Positions 1 to 13,257 of a DNA stretch of 64,000 bases are shown in pieces. The stretch is from Pecten maximus. Lineage: Eukaryota. Below the pieces are notes generated by a model, which saw only the letters and a program-made list of their open reading frames with translations, had not been told where the DNA came from and searched no databases. Where the stretch lies: the NCBI RefSeq assembly GCF_902652985.1, contig NC_047022.1, forward strand, positions 42,408,001 through 42,472,000. Reading direction: 5' to 3'. How positions within the stretch are numbered: the stretch's first letter is position 1; each line of letters starts with the position of its first letter. Both the position numbers and the translations under genes were made by a program.

Positions 1-3000
1 GTATACAGTTACAGCTTAGATACATATACAGTCTCTTGTTGACAACCCTGGGTATAATATGAGTATACAGTTACAGCTTAGATACATATACAATGTCTTG
101 TTGACAACCCTGGGTATAATATGAGTATACAGTTACAGCTTAGATACATATACAATGTCTTGTTGACAACCCTGGGTATAATATGAGTGTACAGTTACAG
201 CTTAGATACATATACAGTCTCTTGTTGACAACCCTGGGTATAATATGAGTATACAGTTACAGCTTAGATACATATACAATGTCTTGTTGACAACCCTGGG
301 TATAATATGAGTGTACAGTTACAGCTTAGATACATATACAGTCTGTTGTTGACAACCCTGGGTATAACATGAGTATACAGTTACAGCTTAGATACATATA
401 CAGTCTCTTGTTGACAACCCTGGGTATAATATGAGTGTACAGTTACAGCTTAGATACATATACAGTCTGTTGTTGACAACCCTGGGTATAATATGAGTAT
501 ACAGTTACAGCTTAGATACATATACAGTCTGTTGTTGACAACCCTGGGTATAATATGAGTGTACAGTTACAGCTTAGATACATATACAGTCTGTTGTTGA
601 CAACCCTGGGTATAATATGAGTATACAGTTACAGCTTAGATACATATACAATGTCTTGTTGACAACCCTGGGTATAATATGAGTATACAGTTACAGCTTA
701 GATACATATACAGTCTCTTGTTGACAACCCTGGGTATAATATGAGTGTACAGTTACAGCTTAGATACATATACAGTCTCTTGTTGACAACCCTGGGTATA
801 ATATGAGTATACAGTTACAGCTTAGATACATATACAGTCTGTTGTTGACAACCCTGGGTATAATATGAGTATACAGTTACAGCTTAGATACATATACAGT
901 CTGTTGTTGACAACCCTGGGTATAATATGAGTATACAGTTACAGCTTAGATACATATACAGTGTTTTGTTGACAACCCTGGGTATAATATGAGTATACAG
1001 TTACAGCTTAGATACATATACAGTCTCTTGTTGACAACCCTGGGTATAATATGAGTATACAGTTACAGCTTAGATACATATACAGTCTGTTGTTGACAAC
1101 CCTGGGTATAATATGAGTGTACAGTTACAGCTTAGATACATATACAGTCTGTTGTTGACAACCCTGGGTATAATATGAGTGTACAGTTACAGCTTAGATA
1201 CATATACAGTCTGTTGTTGACAACCCCGAGTATAATATGAGTATACAGTTACAGCTTAGATACATATACAATGTCTTGTTGACAACCCTGGGTATAATAT
1301 GAGTATACAGTTACAGCTTAGATACATATACAGTCTCTTGTTGACAACCCTGGGTATAATATGAGTGTACAGTTACAGCTTAGATACATATACAGTGTCT
1401 TGTTGACAACCCTGGGTATAATATGAGTATACAGTTACAGCTTAGATACATATACAGTCTGTTGTTGACAACCCTGGGTATAATATGAGTATACAGTTAC
1501 AGCTTAGATACATATACAGTCTCTTGTTGACAACCCTGGGTATAATATGAGTGTACAGTTACAGCTTAGATACATATACAATGTCTTGTTGACAACCCTG
1601 GGTATAATATGAGTGTACAGTTACAGCTTAGATACATATACAACGTCTTGTTGACAACCCTGGGTATAATATGAGTATACAGTTACAGCTTAGATACATA
1701 TACAGTCTCTTGTTGACAACCCTGGGTATAATATGAGTATACAGTTACAGCTTAGATACATATACAGTCTCTTGTTGACAACCCTGGGTATAATATGAGT
1801 ATACAGTTACAGCTTAGATACATATACAGTCTCTTGTTGACAACCCTGGGTATAATATGAGTATACAGTTACAGCTTAGATACATATACAGTCTGTTGTT
1901 GACAACCCTGGGTATAATATGAGTATACAGTTACAGCTTAGATACATATACAATGTCTTGTTGACAACCCTGGGTATAATATGAGTATACAGTTACAGCT
2001 TAGATACATATACAGTCTCTTGTTGACAACCCTGGGTATAATATGAGTATACAGTTACAGCTTAGATACATATACAATGTCTTGTTGACAACCCTGGGTA
2101 TAATATGAGTATACAGTTACAGCTTAGATACATATACAGTCTGTTGTTGACAACCCTGGGTATAATATGAGTATACAGTTACAGCTTAGATACATATACA
2201 GTCTGTTGTTGACAACCCTGGGTATAATATGAGTGTACAGTTACAGCTTAGATACATATACAGTCTGTTGTTGACAACCCCGAGTATAATATGAGTATAC
2301 AGTTACAGCTTAGATACATATACAGTCTCTTGTTGACAACCCTGGGTATAATATGAGTATACAGTTACAGCTTAGATACATATACAATGTCTTGTTGACA
2401 ACCCTGGGTATAATATGAGTGTACAGTCACAGCTTAGATACATATACAATGTCTTGTTGACAACCCTGGGTATAATATGAGTATACAGTTACAGCTTAGA
2501 TACATATACAGTCTCTTGTTGACAACCCTGAGTATAATATGAGTATACAGTTACAGCTTAGATACATACACAATGTCTTGTTGACAACCCTGGGTATAAT
2601 ATGAGTGTACAGTCACAGCTTAGATACATATACAATGTCTTGTTGACAACCCTGGGTATAATATGAGTGTACAGTTACAGCTTAGATACATATACAGTCT
2701 CTTGTTGACAACCCTGGGTATAATATGAGTATACAGTTACAGCTTAGATACATATACAGTCTGTTGTTGACAACCCTAGGTATAATATGAGTATACAGTT
2801 ACAGCTTAGATACATATACAGTCTGTTGTTGACAACCCTGGGTATAATATGAGTGTACAGTTACAGCTTAGATACATATACAGTGTCTTGTTGACAATCC
2901 TGGGTATAATATGAGTATACAGTTACAGCTTAGATACATATACAGTCTGTTGTTGACAACCCTGGGTATAATATGAGTATACAGTTACAGCTTAGATACA

Positions 3001-4703
3001 TATACAGCCTCTTGTTGACAACCCTGGGTATAATATGAGTATACAGGTACAGCTTAGATACATATACAGTCTCTTGTTGACAACCCTGGGTATAATATGA
3101 GTATACAGGTACAGCTTAGATACATATACAATGTCTTGTTGACAACCCTGGGTATAATATGAGTATACAGTTACAGCTTAGATACATATACAGTCTCTTG
3201 TTGACAACCCTGGGTATAATATGAGTGTACAGTTACAGCTTAGATACATATACAGTCTCTTGTTGACAACCCTGGGTATAATATGAGTATACAGGTACAG
3301 CTTAGATACATATACAGTGTCTTGTTGACAACCCTGGGTATAATATGAGTGTACAGTTACAGCTTAGATACATATACAGTCTGTTGTTGACAACCCTGGG
3401 TATAATATGAGTATACAGTTACAGCTTAGATACATATACAATGTCTTGTTGACAACCCTGGGTATAATATGAGTATACAGTTACAGCTTAGATACATATA
3501 CAATGTCTTGTTGACAACCCTGGGTATAATATGAGTGTACAGTTACAGCTTAGATACATATACAATGTCTTGTTGACAACCCTGGGTATAATATGAGTAT
3601 ACAGTTACAGCTTAGATACATATACAGTCTCTTGTTGACAACCCTGGGTATAATATGAGTATACAGTTACATCTTAGATACATATACAATGTCTTGTTGA
3701 CAACCCTGGGTATAATATGAGTATACAGGTACAGCTTAGATACATATACAGTGTCTTGTTGACAACCCTGGTTATAATATGAGTATACAGTTACAGCTTA
3801 GATACATATACAATGTCTTGTTGACAACCCTGGTTATAATATGAGTATACAGTTACAGCTTAGATACATATACAATGTCTTGTTGACAACCCTGGGTATA
3901 ATATGAGTATACAGTTACAGCTTAGATACTTATACAATGTCTTGTTGACAACCCTGGGTATAATATGAGTGTACAGTTACAGCTTAGATACATATACAAT
4001 GTCTTGTTGACAACCCTGGGTATAATATGAGTATACAGTTACAGCTTAGATACATATACAATGTCTTGTTGACAACCCTGGGTATAATATGAGTGTACAG
4101 TTACAGCTTAGATACATATACAATGTCTTGTTGACAACCCTGGGTATAATATGAGTATACAGTTACAGCTTAGATACATATACAATGTCTTGTTGACAAC
4201 CCTGGGTATAATATGAGTGTACAGTTACAGCTTAGATACATATACAGTCTCTTGTTGACAACCCTGGGTATAATATGAGTGTACAGTTACAGCTTAGATA
4301 CATATACAGTCTCTTGTTGACAACCCTGGGTATAATATGAGTATACAGGTACAGCTTAGATACATATACAGTCTCTTGTTGACAACCCTGAGTATAATAT
4401 GAGTATACAGGTACAGCTTAGATACATAAACAATGTCTTGTTGACAACCCTGAGTATAATATGAGTATACAGGTACAGCTTAGATACATATACAGTCTGT
4501 TGTTGACAACCCTGGGTATAATATGAGTATACAGGTACAGCTTAGATACATAAACAATGTCTTGTTGACAACCCTGGGTATAATATGAGTATACAGGTAC
4601 AGCTTAGATACATATACAATGTCTTGTTGACAACCCTGGGTATAATATGAGTATACAGTTACAGCTTAGATACATATACAATGTCTTGTTGACAACCCTG
4701 GGT
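1..4703. repeat. 62-bp minisatellite, ~76 copies, in a paxillin intron; continues beyond the left window edge
   Basis: Unit GTATACAGTTACAGCTTAGATACATATACA(GTCTC/ATGTC/GTCTG)TTGTTGACAACCCTGGGTATAATATGA recurs with period 62 and ends ~40 bp before the acceptor at 4744. Confidence 0.98.
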
Positions 4704-4744
4704 TTAGTTGATATTAATACTAAATAAAAATTTGATATTTACAG

Positions 4745-7700
4745 AAATGTGTGACGGCCATTGGTAAGACCTGGCACCCTGAACACTTTTTCTGTGCCCA
4801 GTGTGGACGACCGTTTGGAGAAGAAGGTTTCCATGAAAAGGACAACAATGCTTATTGCAGGTTTGTGTTATTAAATTTTGTAATATCTGAACAGTTGCCT
4901 CCATCTTTGTATTTAAGTATTACCAAGGTGTTTAAAATGTAAATTATATTTTGTTTATAGTTAAACCTTGTTATAGATCAAGGTACGAGGATATAGAATG
5001 TATGTCATTGTATAAAATATAGTATGTTATGTTACAGACAAGATTACCTGGAGATATATAAATACACTATTCTATGTTACATAGAAGATTACCTAGAGAT
5101 ATATAAATACACTATTCTATGTTACATACGCATGTGGGTTAATGTTGCGTCCCGTTTTGTTGCTCATTAGTGTATTCATGTAAAATATACATTGTTGTAC
5201 ATTGTTGCAACTTGTACATTCCAATGACGTCACATTGTTTACAGATCCCGCGTTGTGTCTGCACTGCCTGACACGAAGGCTTCATTCTGTGTTTTTTAAT
5301 GTTTTTGTTAGTTTTCTGATAATTCAATTGATCAGGTATGATTAAACAACCCCAATCAATATGAGGTGTGATTGTAATTTTAAGTTTAAACCGCATGTTG
5401 CGAAAAATACTTCAACTTTCACTTTGTCAGTGCATTCGTGATCGCAGCTTCGATCGGCTGTCATGGCAACGACGAGGACGGTGGTTTCATCACAGTGACG
5501 AATTTACAAACTTGCATGTGTACAGCCGAAAACTTCTAACTATACCTTATGTCTTTGGAAATCATCTGTAAATAATTAATTGAATTAATTACGATCCATT
5601 GCATTCGTTTATTAACGTTTGTTCGTTTCTATATGCCGATTTCGATACTTAAAACACTGAAGAGTTCCAATATTGGAGAATGAACATTAACACTTGCTCT
5701 ATGAATCGTCCTAGAGCACCCGACTATCCTAAATCAATACTTATGAAACAGGTACGAGCGTGAAGGTAATTGTATGAGAGCAACGAAAAGTGCTGTACAT
5801 TCTTACGAAAATGACAAACATCGTCAAAATTACGTAAAAAGTAGTCAATTAATCGGCATTTCTTCAATTAACACCAGTTTATAACGCCGTTATGTAACCA
5901 TACTTGAATAAATAGAAGAATGTACAGCACTTTTTCTCGGTTTCTTAGCACGATGAATAAGTGTATCATATTTGTTTGTACAACAAAATACGTTGGTCGG
6001 GTGCTCTGGCCATATTTACCGACCAAGTGTTAATGTAGTCCTTCGTGCCGGTCACGTGACCATGCGAGAACACGAGGAACGACGAAAACATCCCGATAAA
6101 GACGTTGGACACCTAACATTAAAATCCGATCAAAAAAACAAACAGAACTAACCGGGAAATCATTAAATATTGAATTTATATTAAAACATGATGTTTTTTG
6201 TTCTTTTTAATTATAAATGCAACATTAACCCACATGCGTACAAGATTACCTAGAGATATATAAATACACTATTCTATGTTACATACAAGATTACATAGAG
6301 ATATATAAATACACTATTCTATGTTACATACAAGATTACCTAGAGATATATTAATACACTATTCTATGTTACATACAAGATTACCTAGAGATATATAAAT
6401 ACACTATTCTATGTTACATACAAGATTACCTAGAGATATATAAATACACTATTCTATGTTACATACAAGATTACCTAGAGATATATAAATACACTATTCT
6501 ATGTTACATACAAGATTACCTAGAGATATTTAAATACACTATTCTATGTTACATACAAGATTACCTAGATATATATAAATACACTATTCTATGTTACAGG
6601 GAAGATTACCTAGATATATATAAATACACTATTCTATGTTACATACAAGATTACCTAGAGATATATAAATACACTATTCTATGTTACATACAAGATTACC
6701 TAGAGATATATAAATACACTATTCTATGTTACATACAAGATTACCTAGAGATATATAAATACACTTTTCTATGTTACAGACAAGATTACCTAGAGATATA
6801 TAAATACACTATTCTATGTTACAGACAAGATTACCTAGAGATATATAAATACACTATTCTATGTTACAGACAAGATTACCTAGAGATATATAAATACACT
6901 ATTCTATGTTACAGACAAGATTACCTAGAGATATATAAATACACTATTCTATGTTACAGACAAGATTACCTAGAGATATATAAATACACTATTCTATGTT
7001 ACAGACAAGATTACCTAGAGATATATGAATACACTATTCTATGTTACAGACAAGATTACCTGGAAATGTTTGCTCCGCGGTGTGGAGGGTGTGGAAACCC
7101 AATCCTTGATAACTACATCTCTGCCCTCAGTCGACACTGGCACCCAGAGTGCTTTGTATGCAGGGTAAGTGATCCTGTTTATAAGGCTGCTGTATTTATA
7201 GTCATGTTGGTACCTGGTTGGGTTTTATTCAAGCATAAAATTTTAGATTATTTTTAAGACATTATTTACTTTCATCAATGTTAATTAAAGGTATAATTAT
7301 AAGATAAAGAGCACTCCGAGACTCCAAAAACTTAAAAGGCAGTCTTTATTATAACATCACTCTGCATAACAGTTTGAAATATATGACTTTTCATAAATTT
7401 TCATGGCAAACAAACCGAGTTGGAATTGTAAAGGGAAGTAACTCTTACCAAAATAAAAGATAATCTTGTATTTTGTAGGAATGTCACATGTCATTTGGAG
7501 GGCGGAGCTTCTTTGACCACGAGGGTCAGCCCTACTGCGAGACCCACTACCACTTAAAGCGTGGCTCGTTGTGTGCCAGCTGTCAGAAGCCCATCACTGG
7601 ACGCTGTATTACGGCCATGTTCAAGAAATTTCACCCAGAGCATTTCGTGTGTGCATTTTGTTTAAAACAGCTCAATAAGGGAACATTCAAGGAGCAGAAC

Positions 7701-7745
7701 GACAAGCCATACTGTCATCCATGTTTTGTTAAACTGTTTGGCTGA
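4745..7745 (+). CDS. PXN: Paxillin, 3' part (LIM2-LIM4); exons 4745-4860, 7050-7164, 7479-7745 (stop)
   Basis: GT-AG exons with matching phases give [21 protein letters not shown]...[17 protein letters not shown]...[13 protein letters not shown]...[61 protein letters not shown], the paxillin-family C-terminus. 5' exons lie outside the window. Confidence 0.93.
5038..7062 (+). repeat. 45-bp tandem array (~20 copies, split by a MITE) built from the paxillin 3' splice site and the first codons of the exon
   Basis: Unit ACAAGATTACCTAGAGATATATAAATACACTATTCTATGTTACA(G/T). The last copy runs into exon 7050 (ttacag|ACAAGATTACCTGGAA). Confidence 0.95.
5129..6238. mobile_element. Non-autonomous DNA transposon (1.1 kb) with TA target duplication, Tc1/mariner-type signature
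   Basis: Perfect 20-bp TIRs CGCATGTGGGTTAATGTTGC...GCAACATTAACCCACATGCG; TA at 5127-5128 and 6239-6240; inserted into ttacaTAcaag of a 45-bp unit; no transposase ORF. Confidence 0.9.
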
Positions 7746-7937
7746 TTTTTTTAATTGAAAGGTGTTAATGATTAATAGAATGTATTTAAAAATTAAATAT
7801 TTAGAATTTCACTTTGAATTCAAACAGAGTAATAGATTGTTTACTCTTTGGTGATTTGAGAATTATAGTGATATTTAACAGTCTTCCAGCAGCTACTGTT
7901 GTTCTTCTGCCCAGAATTATTTCTTCTGCTGGACCCA

Positions 7938-8975
7938 AGTTAAGTCCACCCCTGACCCTTCACTCCCAGTCAAGTCCACCCCTAGACCCTTCACTCCCAG
8001 TCAAGTCCACCCCTGGACCCTTCACTCCCAGTCAAGTCCACCCCTAGACCCTTCACTCCGAGTCAAGTCCACCCCTTACACCCTTCACTCCCAGTCAAGT
8101 CTACCCCTTGACCCTTCACTCCCAGTCAAGTCCAACCCTGGACCCTTCAATCCCAGTCAAGTCCACCCCTGGACCCTTCACTCCCAGTCAAGTCCAACCC
8201 TGGACCCTTCACTCCCAGTCAAGTCCAACCCTGGACCCTTCACTCCCAGTCAAGTCCAACCCTGGACCCTTCACTCCCAGTCAAGTCCAACCCTGGACCC
8301 TTCACTCCCGATCAAGTCCAACCCTGGACCCTTCACTCCCAGTCAAGTCCACCCCTGGACCCTTCACTCCCAGTCAAGTCCACCCCTGGACCCTTCACTC
8401 CCAGTCAAGTCCAACCCTGGACCCTTCACTCCCAGTCAAGTCCAACCCTGGACCCTTCACTCCCAGTCAAGTCCACCCCTGGACCCTTCACTCCCAGTCA
8501 AGTCCAACCCTGGACCCTTCACTCCCAGTCAAGTCCACCCCTGGACCCTTCACTCCCAGTCAAGTCCAACCCTGGACCCTTCACTCCCAGTCAAGTCCAA
8601 CCCTGGACCCTTCACTCCCAGTCAAGTCTACCCCTGGACCCTTCACTCCCAGTCAAGTCCAACCCTGGACCCTTCACTCCCGATCATGTCCACCCCTGGA
8701 CCCTTCACTCCCAGTCAAGTCTACCCCTGGACCCTTCACTCCCAGTCAAGTCCAACCCTGGACCCTTCACTCCCGATCATGTCCACCCCTGGACCCTTCA
8801 CTCCCAGTCAAGTCTACCCCTGGACCCTTCACTCCCAGTCAAGTCCAACCCTGGACCCTTCACTCCCGATCATGTCCACCCCTGGACCCTTCACTCCCGA
8901 TAAAGTCCAACCCTGGACCCTTCACTCTAAGTCATGTCCACCTCAGGACCGTTTACTCCCAGTCAAGTCCACCTC
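7938..8975. repeat. 31-bp C-rich minisatellite (~33 copies) just downstream of the paxillin stop (probable 3' UTR)
   Basis: Unit CCTGGACCCTTCACTCCCAGTCAAGTCCA(A/C)C. Stop-poor on the + strand, which explains the 321-aa and 222-aa ORFs. Confidence 0.96.
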
Positions 8976-10939
8976 GGAAGCCTTTGCTTCGAGTCATATC
9001 CAGTCCAGAGCATCTGCTCCAAGTCCTGTTATCGGTAGTGCCTCTGTTCCATGTCAAGTCCTTAGCAGTGTAGGAACAGGAACATCTGAAGTGATGGAAA
9101 TACTTTCACCGAATGTCTGGACAAGTGGAGAAAGCATGAGTTTTTACAATACTCTCAGTCTTGTGACCATTAACCTCTGTCACAGCTATTTTCTGGAATA
9201 TTATTATGAAACTTGTGAAATTTCCATTCATATCTTCTATAGGCACTTGTTTATTATTGTGTTATTAATAAATGGAATTGGTAGAGGAGCATCAGTAATG
9301 ATTTGTTTAACAAAAACTGATGTAGGTACCCAAGTTTGTAACAACATATTGTAGCATACAGGGGTAAATGGGTGTAAGGTGAACAGATTTCAGAACTTGG
9401 ATTTAATTGAAGAATATTTCACCTGGTTTCGTATTTTCTAGTAAACCATTTCCGGTTTAATTATTTAAATTATTATTTAATACTGTAACATTTAAAGCAT
9501 TACATTTTTTTTCTTTTCTATACTATAGTTTTGCATGTGGGGGATCAACCTTGTCTCCCCTACCAGTCTACATAGACTGTCCCTATCACTGATTTAGACA
9601 GCCTATGTTGATAATGCAGGGGAAACAAGGTTTATCTGATTATTATGTATTTTAATGTGATAATTTATTTCTGTATGTGGAATTGATTACTTTTTGTAAC
9701 TGTTATGATTTCGTGATAATGCTGATTATCTCACTCATTGTCCCTTTGTGGAGTCAACTTTACATCCTGTAATATCCCGATAAAAGAAATGAATTTGGCA
9801 ACTTCTTCAGGATCAACAGATATAGTGTCACATTTGAAACTAGTGAGCTGTTTTCCTGAAGTAAAAACTTTCAAATCTATAGCAGTATACACCAGTACTC
9901 GATGTCTATTGACTGTTGTATCGTAGACTTTTCATTATGATGGAGAAGAGATCATGTTTGTATGGTGTACTTGATTTGTTGGTTTCTTATTACAATTGAA
10001 CACAAAGTCTGTTATATTTTGTTTATACACAAACCACAATGTTTATATTTGACATTGTGTTATTCTCGTCTTGTTTGATTTGTGCCTTGTTTGTGACAGT
10101 GACAAAGGATTCCATGTCAACATGTAAAGTCTGTTTACTGCTGACACCAAAACAAGAGGAGTCAAATGATTGTACTCTCATAAAAACAAAATATATACTG
10201 ATGAACTTTTTATCAGAAATTGAAAATTCCTTTCAAAATCAATGTCCATATTCAATGTCCATATCAATGTTTTATATGATATCACTGATGGACTTTCTAC
10301 AGTTGAATTAAACTATCTTATCCTGGTGTAAAACTTTTAATGTTTCCTTTTGTGTTGCCATGGTAACCTTTGTCCCATGTGTCACCTGATAACATTTGTT
10401 TTCTTATTTTCGTTCTTGACGAATATAAAGATGCAAATGAAGAGTTATATAAATCATGTTCTTCAATATTTACTGGATGGTCTTTCTTGTGCAGAAATTT
10501 TATTTTCATAAAAAAAATGTTTATAGATTTGATTTACAAGGGAAAATGTTGATGGTATGGGGTGGGAAACAGAATGTCCATAAGCCTATTATAAGCAGGA
10601 AAGATGGCACCATTTAAAGATGGGGGGAAATGATACACCCCAGGAAGATTGAAAAATAAATGGGATATGCTTTTGTTGTGGGACTGGTGCCCCATATCAC
10701 AGAATTTCTACTACAAATATACACAATGCTTACTGTATATGCCTGGATTTATATGGTATCATGATATTTAAACTTCTATGTGAAATGTATTTTTGTTACA
10801 ATGTATTTAATAATACAATAAGAAAAATATTGTAAAAAAACTTTCCAAAGACTAAAGTATATATCCTGGATGGAATTGTACTGTATGTACTGCTGTTGTA
10901 TATATATATTGTATATCACTAGACACATGTAAACCTTCG

Positions 10940-11172
10940 CTCTTTCTGTATACTCATCATGTGAGCCTTTCAGCAGAGCTCTTTCTGTACTCATCATGTG
11001 AGCCTTTCAGCAGAGCTCTTTCTGTATACTCATCATGTGAGCCTTTCAGCAGAGCTCTTTCTGTATACTCATCATGTGAGCCTTTCAGCAGAGCTCTTTC
11101 TGTATACTCATCATGTGAGCCTTTCAGCAGAGCTCTTTCTGTATACTCATCATGTGAGCCTTTCGGCAGAGC
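10940..11172. repeat. 39-bp tandem repeat, ~6 copies
   Basis: Unit CTCTTTCTGTATACTCATCATGTGAGCCTTTCAGCAGAG. Confidence 0.95.
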
Positions 11173-11680
11173 TGTTGCAATATGCTTGAAATATATCACA
11201 AAATTTTATAATACAGAGTTTGTTGTTTGTCAGGTTCCTCACACGGGCTTATTTGCTCAGCTGCTTCACACTCTAAACGAAAAATACTGGATACACAACG
11301 TAAACTACCATCAGTATGTGGAGATTAGATGGATGGAATTCAGATGTTCACCAATATGATTTATATAATACAATAGTAGCTGAATCTTAAAGAAAATATT
11401 TTTGATTCATGGAAATATCAAGCCTAATTGATTGGTGAATTATACAGTAGACACAATATTGGCTGATCAAAGTAGAACTTTCATATCATCAAAGTATTGA
11501 ACGTACTGAAGGAATTGGATGAGAAGAAGTAATATGAGGTCAAAGGTCATATGTCAAACTTTTATCAAAATGTTATTTGCTCATCTAACAATATATAGAG
11601 GATATCGAATGGTTTCCCATTTGATATAACATATATTTCATGAGTATGACATTAATATCGATATTTTCACGAGTACAAGT

Positions 11681-13257
11681 GTAAACCTGTAGCTAAGTAA
11701 CACATCTTACAGGAGTCGTGTAGGTAGTAAACCTGTTACTAAGTAACGCATCTTACAGGAGTCGTATTGGCGGTAAACCTGTAACTAAGTAACACATTTT
11801 ACAGGAGTCGTGAAGGTAGTAAACCTGTAGCTAGGTAACACATCTTACAGGAGTCGTGTAGGTAGTAAACCTGAAGCTAAGTAACACATCTTACAGGAGT
11901 CGTGTAGGTAGTAAACCTGTTACTAAGTAACACATCTTACAGGAGTCGTGTAGGTAGTAAACCTGTAGCTAGGTAACACATCTTACAGGGGTGGTGTAGG
12001 TAGTAAACCTGTAACTAAGTAACACATCTTACAGGAGTCGTGTAGGTAGTAAACCTGTAACTAAGTAACATATCTTACAGGAGTCGTGTAGGTAGTAAAC
12101 CTGTAACTAAGTAACATATCTTACAGGAGTCGTGTCCGTAGTAAACCTGTTACTAAGTAACACATCTTACAGGAGTCGTGTAGGTAGTAAACCTGTAACT
12201 AAGTAACATATCTTACAGGAGTCGTGTCCGTAGTAAACCTGTTACTAAGTAACACATCTTACAGGAGTCGTGTAGGTAGTAAACCTGTAACTAAGTAACA
12301 CATCTTACAGGAGTCGTGTAGGTAGTAAACCTGTAACTAAGTAACACATCTTACAGGAGTCGTGTAGGTAGTAAACCTGTTACTAAGTAACACATCTTAC
12401 AGGGGTCGTGTAGGTAGTAAATCTGTAACTAAGTAACACATCTTACAGGAGACGTGTAGGTAGTAAACCTGTAACTAAGTAACACATCTTACAGGAGTCG
12501 TGTAGGTAGTAAACCTGTTACTAAGTAACACATCTTACAGGAGTCGTGTAGGCGGTAACCCTGTAGCTAAGTAACACATCTTACAGGAGTCGTGTAGGCG
12601 ATAAACCTGTTACTAAGTAACACATCTTACAGGAGTCGTGTAGGTAGTAAACCTGTAGCTAAGTAACACATCTTACAGGAGTCGTGTAGGTAGTAAACCT
12701 GTAGCTAGGTAACAGCTTACAGTAGTCGTGTAGGCTGTAAACCTGTAGCTAAGTAACGCATCTTACAGGAGTCGTGTAGGTAGTAAACCTGTAGCTAAGT
12801 AACGCATCTTACAGGAGTCGTTTAGGCGGTAAACCTGTAACTAAGTAACACATCTTACAGGAGTCGTGTAGGCAGTAAACCTGTAACTAAGTAACACATC
12901 TTACAGGAGTCGTGTAGGTAGTAAACCTGTAACTAAGTAACACATCTTACAGGAGTCGTGTAGGTAGTAAACCTGTAACTAAGTAACACATCTTACAGGA
13001 GTCGTGTAGGTAGTAAACCTGTAACTAAGTAACACATCTTACAGGAGTCGTGTAGGTAGTAAACCTGTAACTAAGTAACACATCTTACAGGAGTCGTGTA
13101 GGTAGTAAACCTGTAACTAAGTAACACATCTTACAGGAGTCGTGTAGGTAGTAAATTGCTAACTAACTCGCACGTCTTACAGGAGGCAGAGTTATATAGG
13201 CGGTAAACCATTAACTAACTCGCACATCCTACAGGAGGCAGAGTCGTGTAGGTGGTT
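11681..13257. repeat. 46-bp minisatellite, ~32 copies plus degenerate tail
   Basis: Unit GTAAACCTGTAACTAAGTAACACATCTTACAGGAGTCGTGTAGGTA with internal inverted repeat CCTGTAA/TTACAGG. Confidence 0.97.

Noticed and set aside
1-4703. CRISPR-like regular array
   Set aside because: No unique spacers, only point variants of one unit; eukaryotic intron; no cas genes.
8108-9354. 321-aa and 222-aa Pro/Ser/Thr-rich ORFs resembling a mucin
   Set aside because: They arise from a stop-poor 31-bp repeat open in several frames; no signal peptide or splice support; they lie just after the paxillin stop.
10957-11359. Repetitive ORFs on both strands
   Set aside because: Translations of the 39-bp tandem repeat.
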